A stretch of 62,599 bases of DNA, counting the filler, from Catajapyx aquilonaris (Eukaryota): NCBI GenBank assembly GCA_000934665.2. It is 2 parts of 2 records of this genome, joined end to end, with 100 filler letters (N's around TTAATTAATTAA, not from the genome) between each part and the next. Parts side by side here need not be neighbours in the genome. Positions count along the whole stretch, not along the records: positions 31,371 to 62,599 come from KZ539170.1; 1 more part is not named here. One strand, written 5' to 3'. Below, piece after piece: positions 48,597-62,599 of the stretch. Under the pieces are notes generated by a model. It had not been told where the DNA came from and searched no databases. It saw only the letters and a list, made by a program, of their open reading frames with translations. Within the stretch, counting starts at the first letter, position 1. The number at the start of each line of letters is the position of its first letter. The translations under genes and the position numbers were made by a program.

Positions 48597-49329
48597 GTCG
48601 CGTAACAGATGCAAGAAACTGCTAAATAAAGTGCAGAATGTCATTTTTGATGTATTCTGATAGCTGTTGACAGAATGTGTAAAAATTGTAATCATGTGGT
48701 GAGTCTGGTTTATATATTTTCTGTAAAACAAAAAATGCTGAAGCCGATTCTCATACTGTATAATAGTTGTTAAAGTGCGTCTGTAAAATGGGTGGTGTGC
48801 TGGAAAAACATGACAACTCGCAAAAGGGGTAATTTTTCAGGAGAGCTATATTGAAGTTTGCACTCTTATCACAAATCATAGGGAATGAGGTTGCCGTCTC
48901 ATGCATGATATGTGAACTTGGAGTATACCAAACTGTTTGTCACGTCTGTTACATAGTTGCTAGGTGTCCAGGTAAAAAAAATGACGAAAATGAGGGTTGT
49001 CACGTCTTGCCACCACACCCCTAAATTTACATTGTTTGTACAGTCATTTAGGTAATAATACTAATGATCATGCAGTCAATATGTTTCTGTTTTCTTTCAT
49101 TTTTTTTTTCATACATCTTGGCAGGTTGTCCCATCATTGTACAATACTATTATTCACAGGCAAATATTTATTATGCAAATACCCTGGAGTCATCGGACAA
49201 AGGACTTTGTTAGGAACTACCTTTCCATTGGTCTAAAACTGAGCCATAACCTTGGCTGAAGTGACCTGCACTTGATAACTTAGCAATCAACCAACAGTAC
49301 AATCCAATTATACCTATGGGACCTGACTT

Positions 49330-49602
49330 CATCCCCCCGATGGTATCTCCACCTTATCATGGTGGTGGGGTTTGCGTTTCTCCCATGACCCCAAGAGCTA
49401 TGCCGGTGGTAGCTTCGTCTACTGGTAGGGCCACCCAAGCCGGACAGGTCTTTGGGGTAGGAGACAGACTTAGAGAGATACCAGTCTTTCCTCTCTTCTT
49501 TTTTCCTCTTCGTTTCTCTCTCCATCTGTCTTATCACCTTTGCTTCTTCTTACAGCCAGATAGCCAGAGTTGCTTTGGCTTCTTCCGAATAAACCAAACC
49601 AA
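49330..49602 (+). mobile_element. Short non-autonomous retroelement with RTE/BovB-type 5' leader and (AAACC)n tail
   Basis: 9-bp TSD ACCTGACTT at 49321-49329 and 49603-49611. Head CCACCTTATCATGGTGG...GAGCTATGCCG...GTAGGGCCACCCAAGCCGGACAGGTC resembles RTE-clade 5'UTRs. No ORF and no Pol III boxes seen. Confidence 0.75.
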
Positions 49603-49999
49603 ACCTGACTTTAGAGTCACCCTGTAGCGTGTCCTGTTCGAAACTCCCGCCCTTCATTGTAGCCACCATTCCACCAGCAGCTACACTCATATTTATCTGC
49701 ATATTTAAAATATTTAAATTATTAAAACGCAGTGCGAACTTATAATAATTTCAATTTTTTTTTAAAGTGTAAAAATTGTGTTGTGTTGAACGCCTCCCAG
49801 CGGTAGGATTTGGTTCGATTGATTCATCTGGCAACGCTGCATCCATCGAGCATGGTGCGTGGAAAGGACTTGTTCCATCTTCATTTTATATTCTTAACTT
49901 TCTTTCATTCAGTGTAGTGTAGTTTCTAGATCAGGCTTGACCAAGAACCGGAGGCACACCACCAGATAAGGCACTTGGGTTTTGAGTGGATAAGATTAG

Positions 50000-51879
<1,880 letters not shown>

Positions 51880-53612
51880 GAATGGCTAGCTGGGCTTCTC
51901 AGAATTTGTTTCACTCAATTCTCTGTTGTTGGAAGAAAAATATCAGTGTATGAAATATTGATATTTTGGTGATTAAGTTGGGTTTCTGTGTTTTAGCTCA
52001 TGTGGTGCAAATATCATAACTGAACAGTGTAATGAGATAAGCATAAGCATGTAAGGGTAGTAATGAGTTGGTCATAAATTTCATCAGCTTACTAACTTGT
52101 TTTGGTCTCCGAGTCATAAACGATGTGACAACAACAACCTCTCCCCAGATCCAGTGGTGTCCTCTCCACCCATTTTTGCATATTGTTATTATTATCATCT
52201 GAGTTTGGTCGAATTTTGCACCAGGTTGGAGACGTTGAGGATAAGATGATTTGATTGCATTTTACTTATGGTGCAACTAACCCTCAGACCAGCATTGTAT
52301 GTCTCCTGAGACTAAAGCTCACATAGCTTACCAATATTGTCCCAAGGAGCCATCCTGTGCCTGATGACAGGCACGTGACCAATGTAAACTGAAAGCTGAT
52401 GTAAGTCAAGCATATTAATAATGTGGTTTTCATGTTATTATAACATAACTATGCATAGGACTGCAATCTGGCTTTAATTCCATGTGATTCATTGAGTGTA
52501 AAATTACATCATTTTCATGTGCCATTTGAACTACTTGGCCCACAATAATTCAATAAGTGGGATTCTTCACTTCAAAGCTTCGCTCTTGTTACTTGTCACA
52601 AATAGTTATTTATGAAACGCAAGTGACAAGTGCGTGTCAGTGACAAGCAAGATGTTATCACTTGTACAACTTTTCACGAAATAGGCCCCCTGGGCTCTGA
52701 TGTCACCCATGCCCATGACTTGTTGACGGCTGGAAAATTACGCATTTTATGTGCTGTACTTGCCAATCATTACTTAACTTAGTCTTAACTTAGTCTTAAA
52801 CTATTTGTATTGTTGAAAATATTGACCTCGAGAAATAAAACTCAATAGTATGCCTGGTGCAATGAAGGGCATCCATAAATATATTAATGTTCTTACATGG
52901 AGTGTGCGTCTGCCCCAGTCTGCCCTAGTTGATGAAGAGGACGGGCAGCATGGTTGATGGATGGAATTCCAGGAAAGCTGGAAGCATGCCTGGAAGATCC
53001 AGGACTTGCGCTGAATCTGGACTTGATTTAGCAGCATGCGACCCCCGAGTGACAATAGGGAGCCACAGGCTTGCAGCTACATTTTAATGAACTGTGACCG
53101 ACTGTGACACATATGCAAGCGAAATAGGTTTTTTTTTTATACCAGTTTTATTCCAGCAATTAAGAAGAATGGTCACTTTTTGTCCTAAAAATCCAGGGTT
53201 TACAATCTTTACATTGTTAGAAACATGGCTTTTTAAAAAAACGACCCTTATGATTGTGTGTACACAGTACACTACGTCTATGGCCAGCGATGCATTTATG
53301 TTGCACTGACAATGCATTGAAATAGACCGAGCACGAAATCATCCCAATCACATTAATCGAAACATACATGACCACTGTGCCAAATAAATGTCATTCCTTC
53401 AAAAAAAAAAAAAGTACGAGTCACTTTCACAATATTGCCAAAAATATTGATTTCACAGGCATCCATTTTTTTTTGTATGTCCCGCCGGCCGCCTCCTGTG
53501 ACGTCACTAATCCAAGATGGCTGCGCCCATGTTCGTGTAATGAACATGGGAATGACTTTATTTTGGCGATAATTATTCCTCGGCAGCTGATAATTACTTG
53601 AATTGCGTTTGG

Positions 53613-56225
53613 TTAGTCCCCGGCTGCTGCAGCCACCCTCTGGACGTACTGGATCGCCTCCGGATTCCAGGCGATGTCCTGGTGGCCCACTCCAGGGAGG
53701 ACCTTGTAGAACACACCTTTTGAGCTCTTCTTCTTCTGCCCTGTCCACTCCTTCCACCGGACACAGGCTCCCAGGCTGGACAGCCCCACCGTCCCGTCCC
53801 CGTCGCCGTACACAACGTCCGGGTTGGACCAGTCGGACGACCTGTACACCAATCTGGACAGGACAAGGTAATGCGTAACATACTATGCCCTGAAGATGAC
53901 AAAAAAGTCCCGCCACTGGCCGACCTTACATAAGAACTGGAGAGGTCACTGGCCCGCTATAACCTTACATAAGAACGGGAGAGGTCACTGGCCGACTATA
54001 ACCTGACATAAGAACGGGAGAGGTCACTGGCCGACTATAATCTTACATAAGAACTGGAGAGGTCACTGGCCGACTATAACCTGACATAAGAACGGGAGAG
54101 GTCACTGGCCGACTATAACCTTACATAAGAACTGGAGAGGTCACTGGCCGACTATAACCTNNNNNNNNNNNNNNNNNNNNNNNCTGGCCGACTAACCTTA
54201 CATAAGAACGGGAGAGGTCACTGGCCGACTATAACCTTACGTAAGAACTGGAGAGGTCACTGGCCGACTATAACCTTACTTAAAAACTGGAGAGGTCACT
54301 GGCCGACTAACCTTACATAAGAACGGGAGAGGTCACTGGCCGACTAACCTTACATAAGAACTGGAGAGGTCACTGGCCGACTAACCTTACATAAGAACGG
54401 GAGAGGTCACTGGCCGACTATAACCTTACCTAAGAACTGGAGAGGTTAAAGGTCGAAGGTGCAAAAAACACTGACCTTTCCGCTGTGTCAATTCCAATCC
54501 CGTGGAGGCAGTGAACTTCGACCCCTGGAGGACTGAAGTCTGATGTGAGTTCAGACGTGTCCTTCCAGAGGTTCAGTCCGTCCGGGATCTTTGAATCTCT
54601 AGATGTGTATAAGGGGGGGGGACACGTACTTCATTACCTATCAAATCGTACTGCAAATACGGCGCTTACCTCAAAAGAGATGGAAAGTCACTTATGGTGT
54701 AATTTTGAGAATTTGTCTGCACGAGGACGTCGCTCTCCGACCAACCCACTGTTGATGGTAGCATCCAGTAATTGGCGGGGAAGGTTTTGGCCACAGCCCA
54801 AATGGCCTTCTTGCTCAGAAGGTTTATCCCCAGATCATCTCCTGGAAAGTATTTCGCACGGGAATTATAGTCCGGAGATAATGTGTCCTCGGCAACCAAG
54901 CTGACTGTGCCGGCGACTGACCTGTGAGGATCATTTTGAGGGTCTTGAGCGAGCCGGCCCATGCTCCGTTGAGGGAGACGAATGCCCTCATGTACTTGTC
55001 CTTCCAAGTCTGCGGCTGCTTCTGGAGGAAGTAGAGCGTCAGTGGGGCTCCCATGCTGTGGGACACCACCACCACTTTGTTCTTTCCCGACATCCAAAAC
55101 GCCTTCTCAATTAGGTGGCGCAGAGAGCAGAAGTACTCGTGCTGCTCGTCTGGAAAAACATTTCAATTATGCCCATTAATATTTTGAACATTATTTACGT
55201 GAATTTAGTGGAATAATTTGAATATTAGCCAGCGCATGTCATATTCACTGTTCCGCTGTTGATCTTATAAAATAATGTTGCCAAATGACACTCACTAGGT
55301 GCTCTCCTGAAGTCGTAAGGTGCAGCAAAAATGGTCTGGCCTCTCGAGTAACCCGAGCGAGTGAAATTGTCCACAAATTTGTCGAAATATTTGCAGAATA
55401 TTCCAGACATTCGGGTACACAGCTGCTCTACTGTGTTCGTGTGCCCAAAGCCGGGAATCCTGATTTTCACTCCAGGAGCGTTTGATGTTTTCCTGATGCT
55501 TGGGTCATAAGTGAGGCGCATGTTGTCCACCTGAAATATTGAAATTATTGCAAGATTCGCAAAGTAACATGAAAGCCTCAATTCTGATCGTAATTAGTGG
55601 TCGACAAAATGTATCGAACTGTTAATAAAAAGCCGGATTTATTTTATTAAATTCAGTGCATCTCGTCCCAAAGGATAGGTGGAAATGAGAGTACCGATTA
55701 GTAAACCTGTGTACTTTCTTGTGACTCATACATGAAGAACTTGTTAGTAATCACAACATGATACTTATTCATTGCTAATATTTGAATCATCCGCTACTAT
55801 TTCACCAGACAATGGTACTGACATCACAAGCAGTCATTAATGCCTATTGTGATGTCGGTTACGATTATCTCGAAGCAATAACAGAAGTTAAAACTTAAAA
55901 AATTGCTTTGCAGCATTGACTTACGACGAGATCTCCACAAAAATGTACTCACATGTGATGTTCATGTTGCACCGTTGTAGATACAAGTTGAATTGTTACT
56001 TACCCAACAGTCGACAATTGTTGGAATCATGAGCAGTGGGTCGAGCCACAGAGTGTAGAAGTCACTCGTCTTTTTGTAGCATCCTGCGTGGACCACGCTG
56101 GTCTTGTTCAACATGGCCTCGATCCTGTTCCCGCCATTTCCCGGCACAATAATAACTGGAGAGTGAGATCCGGCCAGTGCGTAGCTGCAGAGCAGGATCA
56201 CCAGAGTCAAAGCCAGAAGGCTCAT
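53613..56225 (-). CDS. PLA2G15: Group XV lysosomal phospholipase A2 / LCAT-family acyltransferase, ~406 aa with signal peptide
   Basis: complement(join(53613..53853,54476..54598,54670..54841,54922..55149,55296..55530,56004..56225)); PVIIVPGNGGN, APYDFRRAP, nucleophile SHSMG, PPGVEVHCLHG, GDGDGTV, His in GVGHQD. Family is secure; 1:1 orthology is not. Confidence 0.92.
53913..54446. repeat. 37-39-bp minisatellite in PLA2G15 intron 5 (contains a gap)
   Basis: Unit CCTTACATAAGAAC(T/G)GGAGAGGTCACTGGCCGACTA(TA)A, about 13 copies; Ns at 54161-54183. Confidence 0.95.
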
Positions 56226-57369
56226 CTTTGACGAGTGCAGTGCACCCTGCAAGCAGATCTTTGGAAGTTGTCAACACTTGATAGCAGAGCAGCACATGTG
56301 CTTAGCGTGGCAGGGTCATCGTCTGTGTCACACATACTTGCCCTTTCTGTATCTCCATTCACACCCCCATTATCACACTTCCAGCCTTTTTTTTGGGCGG
56401 GTGCTTACATAATGTATTAAAATGTGATGCGTCAATGTTTTCCCCCCCCAAAAATTATTTCATGGCCGTCATCACTCGTGATTCGCATTTCCTCAGGCTG
56501 TGTGAGTAACTGCAAACAAATCATACTGTGTCACCAGTAATGCCACTTGTTGGATCCTATTGGTTGCATACCCTCGGGTATGTCATTAAACACGACTGCT
56601 TATCTAATGCGGATCAATGGAGACTCTGGAAACGTCCAATCGAGAAGGTCAGTTCGATGGACCTTCTGGACACATCATATTTTGACCTCCCGAGGTCATC
56701 TTGAGATTGCCGGACGGAAATACACAGGCCAAAATTGAATGATTCATTGTTTGCAACAACATCAGCCACATACTTCGGCCTGAAAAATGGGAAATGTCGG
56801 GAGAGGCAATCCTTGCGGCTGAGTTGATAGCCCCGATGGCCTCCTGCGTCGCATTCAGACGTGAGGAGCCCATGGAGGTGATTCTCACTAGATAGAGAAG
56901 CCAGCATTTCTGCCAGTGTGTGAGCAGCGACCAGTTACATGTTAAAATATGAGCAGAAAAGACAAGGGCTTACTGTAAGTGGAATTAATTGTGGTGCATT
57001 GAGCAGATCATGTCTGTCTATAGAGGAAATTCTCAAATGTTGAAAGGAAGGATGTGGGGGATTCCTATTTGTTATCACCGTTACATTGCATCATTGCGTA
57101 GGGGCAGCATGAGGAGGAAAGATTGTGCAATCCAGTGTTGGGGTTAAAACAAACAGGAAAAGACTGTCCTATCACAATGTAAATGTCCAAATGGTCAAAG
57201 GGCACAAGTCGTTGCCTACTGTTTGAAACGCACCTTCATCCGACATTTATGCATTTTAAAAAATCTGATTCCAGGTACTTGTCCATTCAATCCTCAAGCG
57301 CTAAATGCAGTGAATAAAATGATGCTCATATTTTCATTTGCAGGTACCGCAGTATAATCATCCGCAGCC

Positions 57370-59851
57370 ATGAAGCTGGTAAGAATAATTTATATGTCAG
57401 ATATTGCGTCTTCGGTTGACGACTGTGAATAAACGTTTTGTCAATTTCCAGTACACCCTGAGTGGTCATCCGAACAAGCCCTGCAGCCTTCTTCACTACA
57501 AGGGCATTTCCATCCTCCTTGACTGCGCCCTCAACATGGGCTCCGTCCTCAACTTTCTGCCCTTGCCGCTTGTTCCCAGCCCGAGGTTGAAGGCGCTTCC
57601 TACTTGGATTCCGAGAGACTCACCGGATCCACAAATGGAAGGGGTCAGGAATTTATTACTTGCGCCAACTTTCAGTATTAGTGACATTATGAACTTTGGC
57701 TACAGGAGCTGAAAGATTGCTCAGGTCGTGTCCTGATCGACTCTGCGCCGGAATTCACTCTGCCGCTCCTGGGTCTGGTGGACATGTCTGAAGTGGATGT
57801 GATTCTGGTGTCCAACTACATGTGCATGCTTGCCCTCCCGTACCTGACTGCGGGAACTGGCTTTAAAGGGGTGGTGTATGCAACGGAGCCCACCCAGCAG
57901 ATTGGACGGCTGTACATGGAGGAACTGGTGCACTACGTGGAGCGCAGCCCAAAGAGCAAGGTCGCATCCAGGTGGAAGGAGTACGCTCAGGGGAACCCAC
58001 CGCAGAGCAACATGCTCCCGTCGTCCCTGAGAGAGGCTGTGGTCAGGCCGAAGGCATGGAAGACCTTGTACTCCACTAAGGAGGTGGAAGCAAGTCTCAC
58101 CAAGATCCAGACGGTCGGATTTAATGAGAAGATTGTGAGTATACACAGTTCGGATGTTACGCTGCGGATCTTGTAACAACAATTCGTGACTTTCAGGATG
58201 TGTTTGGGACGCTGGAAGTGATGCCGGTAAGCTCAGGCTACTGCCTCGGAAGCTGCAACTGGATCATAGGATACGAGGGGGAAAGAGTGGCCTACGTGAG
58301 CGGCTCATCCACCCTCACCACTCACCCGAGACCCATGGACCAGCAGGCGCTCAGAGGAGTCGACCTTCTTCTTCTGACTGCCCTCACGCAGACGCCCGTG
58401 GCCAATCCGGATTCCATGCTTGGGGAGTTCTGCTTGTCGATAGGTCAGTGGCTGATGGGAGACGCTACCTGGAATTTTTTAACGCTCCTTTTTCATTCCG
58501 TAGGTCTGACTGTCCGCAGCGGCGGCAATGTCCTTGTGCCGTGCTACCCATCCGGAGTTGTGTACGACCTGTTTGAGTGCCTCTCTGCCCACCTGGACTC
58601 GGCCAACTTGAGCAACGTTCCCCTCTTCTTTGTGTCTCCTGTGGCCGAATCCTCTCTGGCCTACTCCAACATACTGGCCGAGTGGCTCTCGGAGGGGAAG
58701 CAGAACAAGGTGTACCTCCCGGAGGAGCCCTTTCCTCACGCCTCTCTGATGAGGTCGGGTCGGCTCAAGCACTTTCCGAACCTACATGCTGAGGGGTTCT
58801 CCAATGAATTTAGGCAGCCATGCGTTGTCTTCTGCGGTCATCCCAGCCTGAGGTTTGGCGACATTGTTCATTTCCTGGAGCTGTGGGGATCCAACCCACT
58901 TAACACCATCGTATTCACCGGTAAGTTTTGGGTAATACTGAGCAGACATCATTTGCTAAACACACCTGCTTTTCAGAGCCTGATTTCCCGTACCTGGATG
59001 CCCTCTCCCCGTACCAGCCATTGGCAATGAAGATAGTCCATTGCCCAATCGACACTTCCCTCAACTTCTCCCAGGCCAACAAGCTGATACGGGAACTGCG
59101 GCCGAAGCATCTGATGCTGCCCCGCCAGTACACCGTCCCACCGACGCAGCTTCCTCACAGGACGGACCTGCTGGTTGAGAAGGGTGGAGTGGAGCTCACC
59201 CCTTTCCAGGTCGGAGAGGTCAGGTCGCTTCCTGGAGGCAAGAGGAGGAGAGTAGGGCAGCAGACCAGGACAGTCCTGATGCATCCCGACCTGGCCGTGG
59301 GGGTCGTACCAATCGAGGTCCGGCCAGGGGTCGCCCTTGCTACTATTACTGGAGAGCTGAAGGTCAGCCTGAACGTGTTCTTCTCGTGTTGTCAAGCATT
59401 TCACATGTAATGATTTCAGGTGAGAGATAACAAGTACACATTGAAGGTGGTGAGTCGAGAAGGGTCGCCTGCCAGCGAGGATCCAGACCCTAAGAAGAGC
59501 AAGTCGGAGGCAAACCCCCCTCCAAGGAACCGTCCGCCAAAGAACTACCCTTGGGGTCAGCTGGACGTGGATGAATTTGTTCGCCGCCTGGCAAAGGAAG
59601 GGCTCCCTGCTGACGTTAAAGCAGAGCCGGGGACCTCAGGTCGCATCATTCATCTGGTGAGCATATCCCTAATGAACCGTCTGACATGCAACAACTGCTC
59701 ATTACATCATGTAATTTTCTTTACTGCGCAGCAATCGGAAGATACGGTGATTCAAGTGGGCGAGACTTCCACCCACATATTCTGCGAGGCTGACGAGAGC
59801 GTGAGGAAGAAGCTTCGGAACATTTTGGTTCAGTGTTTAAAAAAGTGTTGA
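57370..59851 (+). CDS. INTS9: Integrator complex subunit 9, ~678 aa
   Basis: join(57370..57378,57452..57643,57706..58134,58197..58443,58504..58920,58977..59362,59420..59656,59732..59851); motifs [61 protein letters not shown]. Confidence 0.97.
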
Positions 59852-60639
59852 ATGAACTTGGATGTGAAAAAAAACAAAACTAATTATTGATCGTACCAGT
59901 AAGTGTGCGTGAAACATGTGTACAACTTTGCAATTATGCTGATGATTAAACCATGATGAACCAAAAACATGTTTTTGTAATGTATGTCAGATGATCCCAT
60001 TTTTATTTATTTTAAAAAGTTAGACGCACGCTTTTGTCGAGTCACAAGTAGCATTTTGACGAACAATGAAAATTACACAATGCGTAATAACACGCACTGT
60101 GTAATTTCAATGCACATGTAAATGCCGCACGTGCACTATTCTGCCTGATAAAAATTCCATGGTTAAATTAATGGTGTTTAAACGGCGGAAATAATTTAGC
60201 TCATTGCCAGATGGCCTCAGATTTGGAACCATGCTTTATTCTCGGCCATTCTCGCACAGGGCGCCGCCATTTTTCAATTATTGTTGTCAATTGACACGAC
60301 GTCATTAATAATTCACTCCATTTTCATTTATTGGGCATAGTTAGGCCCAATTATGACGCCTAATTATTTATATTCCTTTTGTACAATATTATTAGCATAA
60401 ATAGGCATAAATTAAACATTTTAATTTCTGGCAGAGTGGCCAGTTCAGAAAAATGCCAGTGTTCGAATGTGTTTTTATGCCACCATTTACATGTAAAATT
60501 AAATCATAATCTGCAAGTTAATGTGTGAAGTGCAATTGCTTGTAAATTAAGATTTCAACGCATTGTCGCAATAACGAGCCACATGGTTTATCACAGTTGC
60601 CAGGTGGATAATGCCAATTTATATGTACGCTATTGTAGC

Positions 60640-60940
60640 TAATGCGCATGCCCGAATGTACAAGATGAGATCCTATTGGCTGATAGTAGTTCGCCACAGA
60701 TGTCCAATAGCACGTGTAAATCCTTGTTCGTCATTCAGTTTTCACATGACAGCAGGCAGACCAATACGCATGCGCATTAACACCACCTTGCTGCTATTGG
60801 CTCTGTGCGATGTGTCGCTCTGTGCCATTGGCCGTCTGTTCCTGCCTCGTCGCGTGTAAGCACCTGCGCACTACTTTTCCCGACCGGATCCCTCCCCCGC
60901 GCACGAACACCCCTCCTCTCCCGGGTATATAAAGAGGGCG
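60640..60940 (+). promoter_or_regulatory. Putative promoter: clustered CCAAT boxes, NRF1-like GCATGCGC motifs and a TATA box
   Basis: ATTGG/CCAAT near 60675, 60703, 60761, 60796 and 60827; CGCATGCGCA near 60767; TATATAAA near 60926. Confidence 0.45.
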
Positions 60941-61631
60941 AAAGTAGTTCCCCCGAGCCCTTTCTCTTACATACATTAGTGTCTGTTGAAAGTGCGGGTT
61001 GTGTGTCTAGAAAAAAAAAAAAATCCCAAAAAAATTTCCCCCTTTCACCCGCCCCCACCTTACAAATCCAACAATTTTTAGATACACAACCCACTCCCCT
61101 CCTTTCCCCCCCCCCACCAAAAAAAACAACATAACACCAAAAAAAAACCTTCCTTAAAAAACACAACCCACCCCCAAAAAAATCCACAAAACTCTTAAAA
61201 AATCCTTTGTGAGGAAAAAAAAAAAGAGCAAAATCGTCGAAAAAGTCCAAAAAACAGAACAACAACTCGACTCCCCCGAGACCCACCCTCATCATCTTTT
61301 TTTTTTTTTTTTGAGACGAAACCCGCAAGATTGAACCTTTTTCCCTGGAGGTGGATCCCCCCCCTCAGGACTCTTGTTGGGATCAGGAGGGAGCAAATTT
61401 TCGTAAGTATCCAACTAGGCCTAAGAAACATTCCATATGGAACACTTGAAAAAGAGATGGGAAAAAGATGGCCGCTCAGGGAACAATTTTGGAACAAAGA
61501 CCAGCATGGAGCGTACCACATCATGCATTTGTGGTTTATATGCTCATCCGATAATGTTCCGTTATTTTCAGCAAAATTTAAGACAATGAAATTGGCATTA
61601 TTAAGCCATACACTGTTGAATCCAGATATAA

Positions 61632-61801
61632 AGGCCGGTATCCACGTACGAGATTCTCGCATGCGAGGAGCCAACTGCGCATGCACAGATACGAGGAAAG
61701 GGGAAAAAGCTGAAAATTTTCAACTTTCTCGTATCTGGGCATGCGCAGTTGGCTCCTCGCGGCTCCTCGTATGCGAGAATCTCGTACGTGGATACCGGCC
61801 T
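61632..61801. mobile_element. PIF/Harbinger MITE, TSD TAA
   Basis: TAA|AGGCCGGTATCCACGTACGAGATTCTCGCAT ... ATGCGAGAATCTCGTACGTGGATACCGGCCT|TAA. Confidence 0.9.
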
Positions 61802-62024
61802 TAACAGCCTCGAAAGGGCACTTCCACATACGGCTTGCCTATTCGGTTACAACGGATTTCCATGGTCCCTTGAGGTCATCCAGTATTGCACCATATCAGC
61901 AGCATCGTCATGGCGTTTCCCAAAAAGATATGGGGTCCCCAGCAGATAATGGCCCTCAATATCCTCGTATGACCATTACACACACAAATATATCTGAAGC
62001 CTGGTCAGGTACTCGCAGATACCC

Positions 62025-62287
62025 GTAGGGCGACACGGTGGCGGAGTGGTTAGCGCCGCATCCTTCCACCTCTTAGGTCCAGAGTTCGATCCCCGGGTCG
62101 GACGGAGGATACTTATGTGGATAGAGTTTCGATGGGTTCTCTCCATGTTCGCGTGGGTTTTCTCGGGGTTCTCCCGTTTCCACCCACTATCAAAATCCAT
62201 CACATTTCAGGCAAATGATTAAAGTCGGTTAATTAAAAAGATGATCCCCTAAGAGGCCCAAGGGGCCTATCACGGGGTATCCATTAT
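62025..62287 (+). mobile_element. SINE family C (V-domain-like), second copy
   Basis: A box TGGCGGAGTGG, B box GAGTTCGATCCC; 15-bp TSD TACTCGCAGATACCC at 62010-62024 and 62288-62302. Confidence 0.9.
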
Positions 62288-62506
62288 TACTCGCAGATAC
62301 CCCCCCAAAAAAAGATGCAGCAGGTAAATTACATGTACCGTAGTGAAAATCAGGAAAGTTGCGATAATTTGCAATTTGAAATGGCCACAGCGGGCACTAG
62401 GAACTTTCCTGAATACCTTGCAGGAAAATTTAAGAGGGCCTCCCTAGGAAAATTAGATCAGGGCCGCGAGTCGCATTGCTCGCAAAAATTATATTTAACC
62501 TCCTGA

Positions 62507-62599
62507 AGGCCGGTGTCCACGTACGAGATTCTCGCATACGAGGAGCCGCGAGGAGCCAACTGCGCATGCCCAGATACGAGGACAGGGGAAAAAGTTGAC
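62507..62599. mobile_element. Second copy of the 61632 Harbinger MITE, cut by the window end
   Basis: TGA|AGGCCGGTGTCCACGTACGAGATTCTCGCATACGAGGAGCC. Confidence 0.85.

Noticed and set aside
53885..53915. Hammerhead-like CTGAAGA-TGAC..GTC (and CTGATGA near 2381, 6697 and 7493)
   Set aside because: The GAAA core and/or closing stems are missing or badly placed; no complete ribozyme fold.
53913..54446. 37-39-bp periodic array resembling a CRISPR array
   Set aside because: The units are contiguous with no unique spacers, there are no cas genes, and it lies in a eukaryotic intron: a minisatellite.
60777..61328. 183-aa Phe/Gly/Lys-rich ORF
   Set aside because: It lies in homopolymer-rich, low-quality sequence.

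Overview
Animal nuclear DNA from a draft assembly, probably a non-dipteran arthropod (inferred from gene content and repeat types, not proven). It has N-gaps and an artificial N44-TTAATTAATTAA-N44 joint at 31271-31370. I reconstructed five spliced genes by hand with consistent GT-AG splice phases: two lineage-specific C2H2 zinc-finger genes (9055-27771 and 37669-46623, both +), KRR1/dribble (50006-51879 +), a PLA2G15/LCAT-family lipase (56225-53613 -) and IntS9 (57370-59851 +). The 3' end of a sixth, coiled-coil-tailed gene lies at 5899-6496. IntS9 has only 56-75 nt introns and the other two conserved genes are fairly compact, whereas the ZNF introns and intergenic DNA are packed with nested non-autonomous elements: hAT, Tc1/mariner/pogo, PIF/Harbinger, piggyBac- and Kolobok-like MITEs and foldbacks, three tRNA-derived SINE families and transposase/RT relics. 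I found no intact autonomous element and no prokaryote-type system. The most unusual signals are an unclassified 8-bp-TSD element with asymmetric ends and internal inverted repeats, insertions at the symmetry axis of host palindromes, a SINE-like element with an RTE/BovB-type 5' head instead of a tRNA head, and an N-terminal coiled-coil on a tandem ZNF protein. Family assignments come from motif recognition only; no database search was run.
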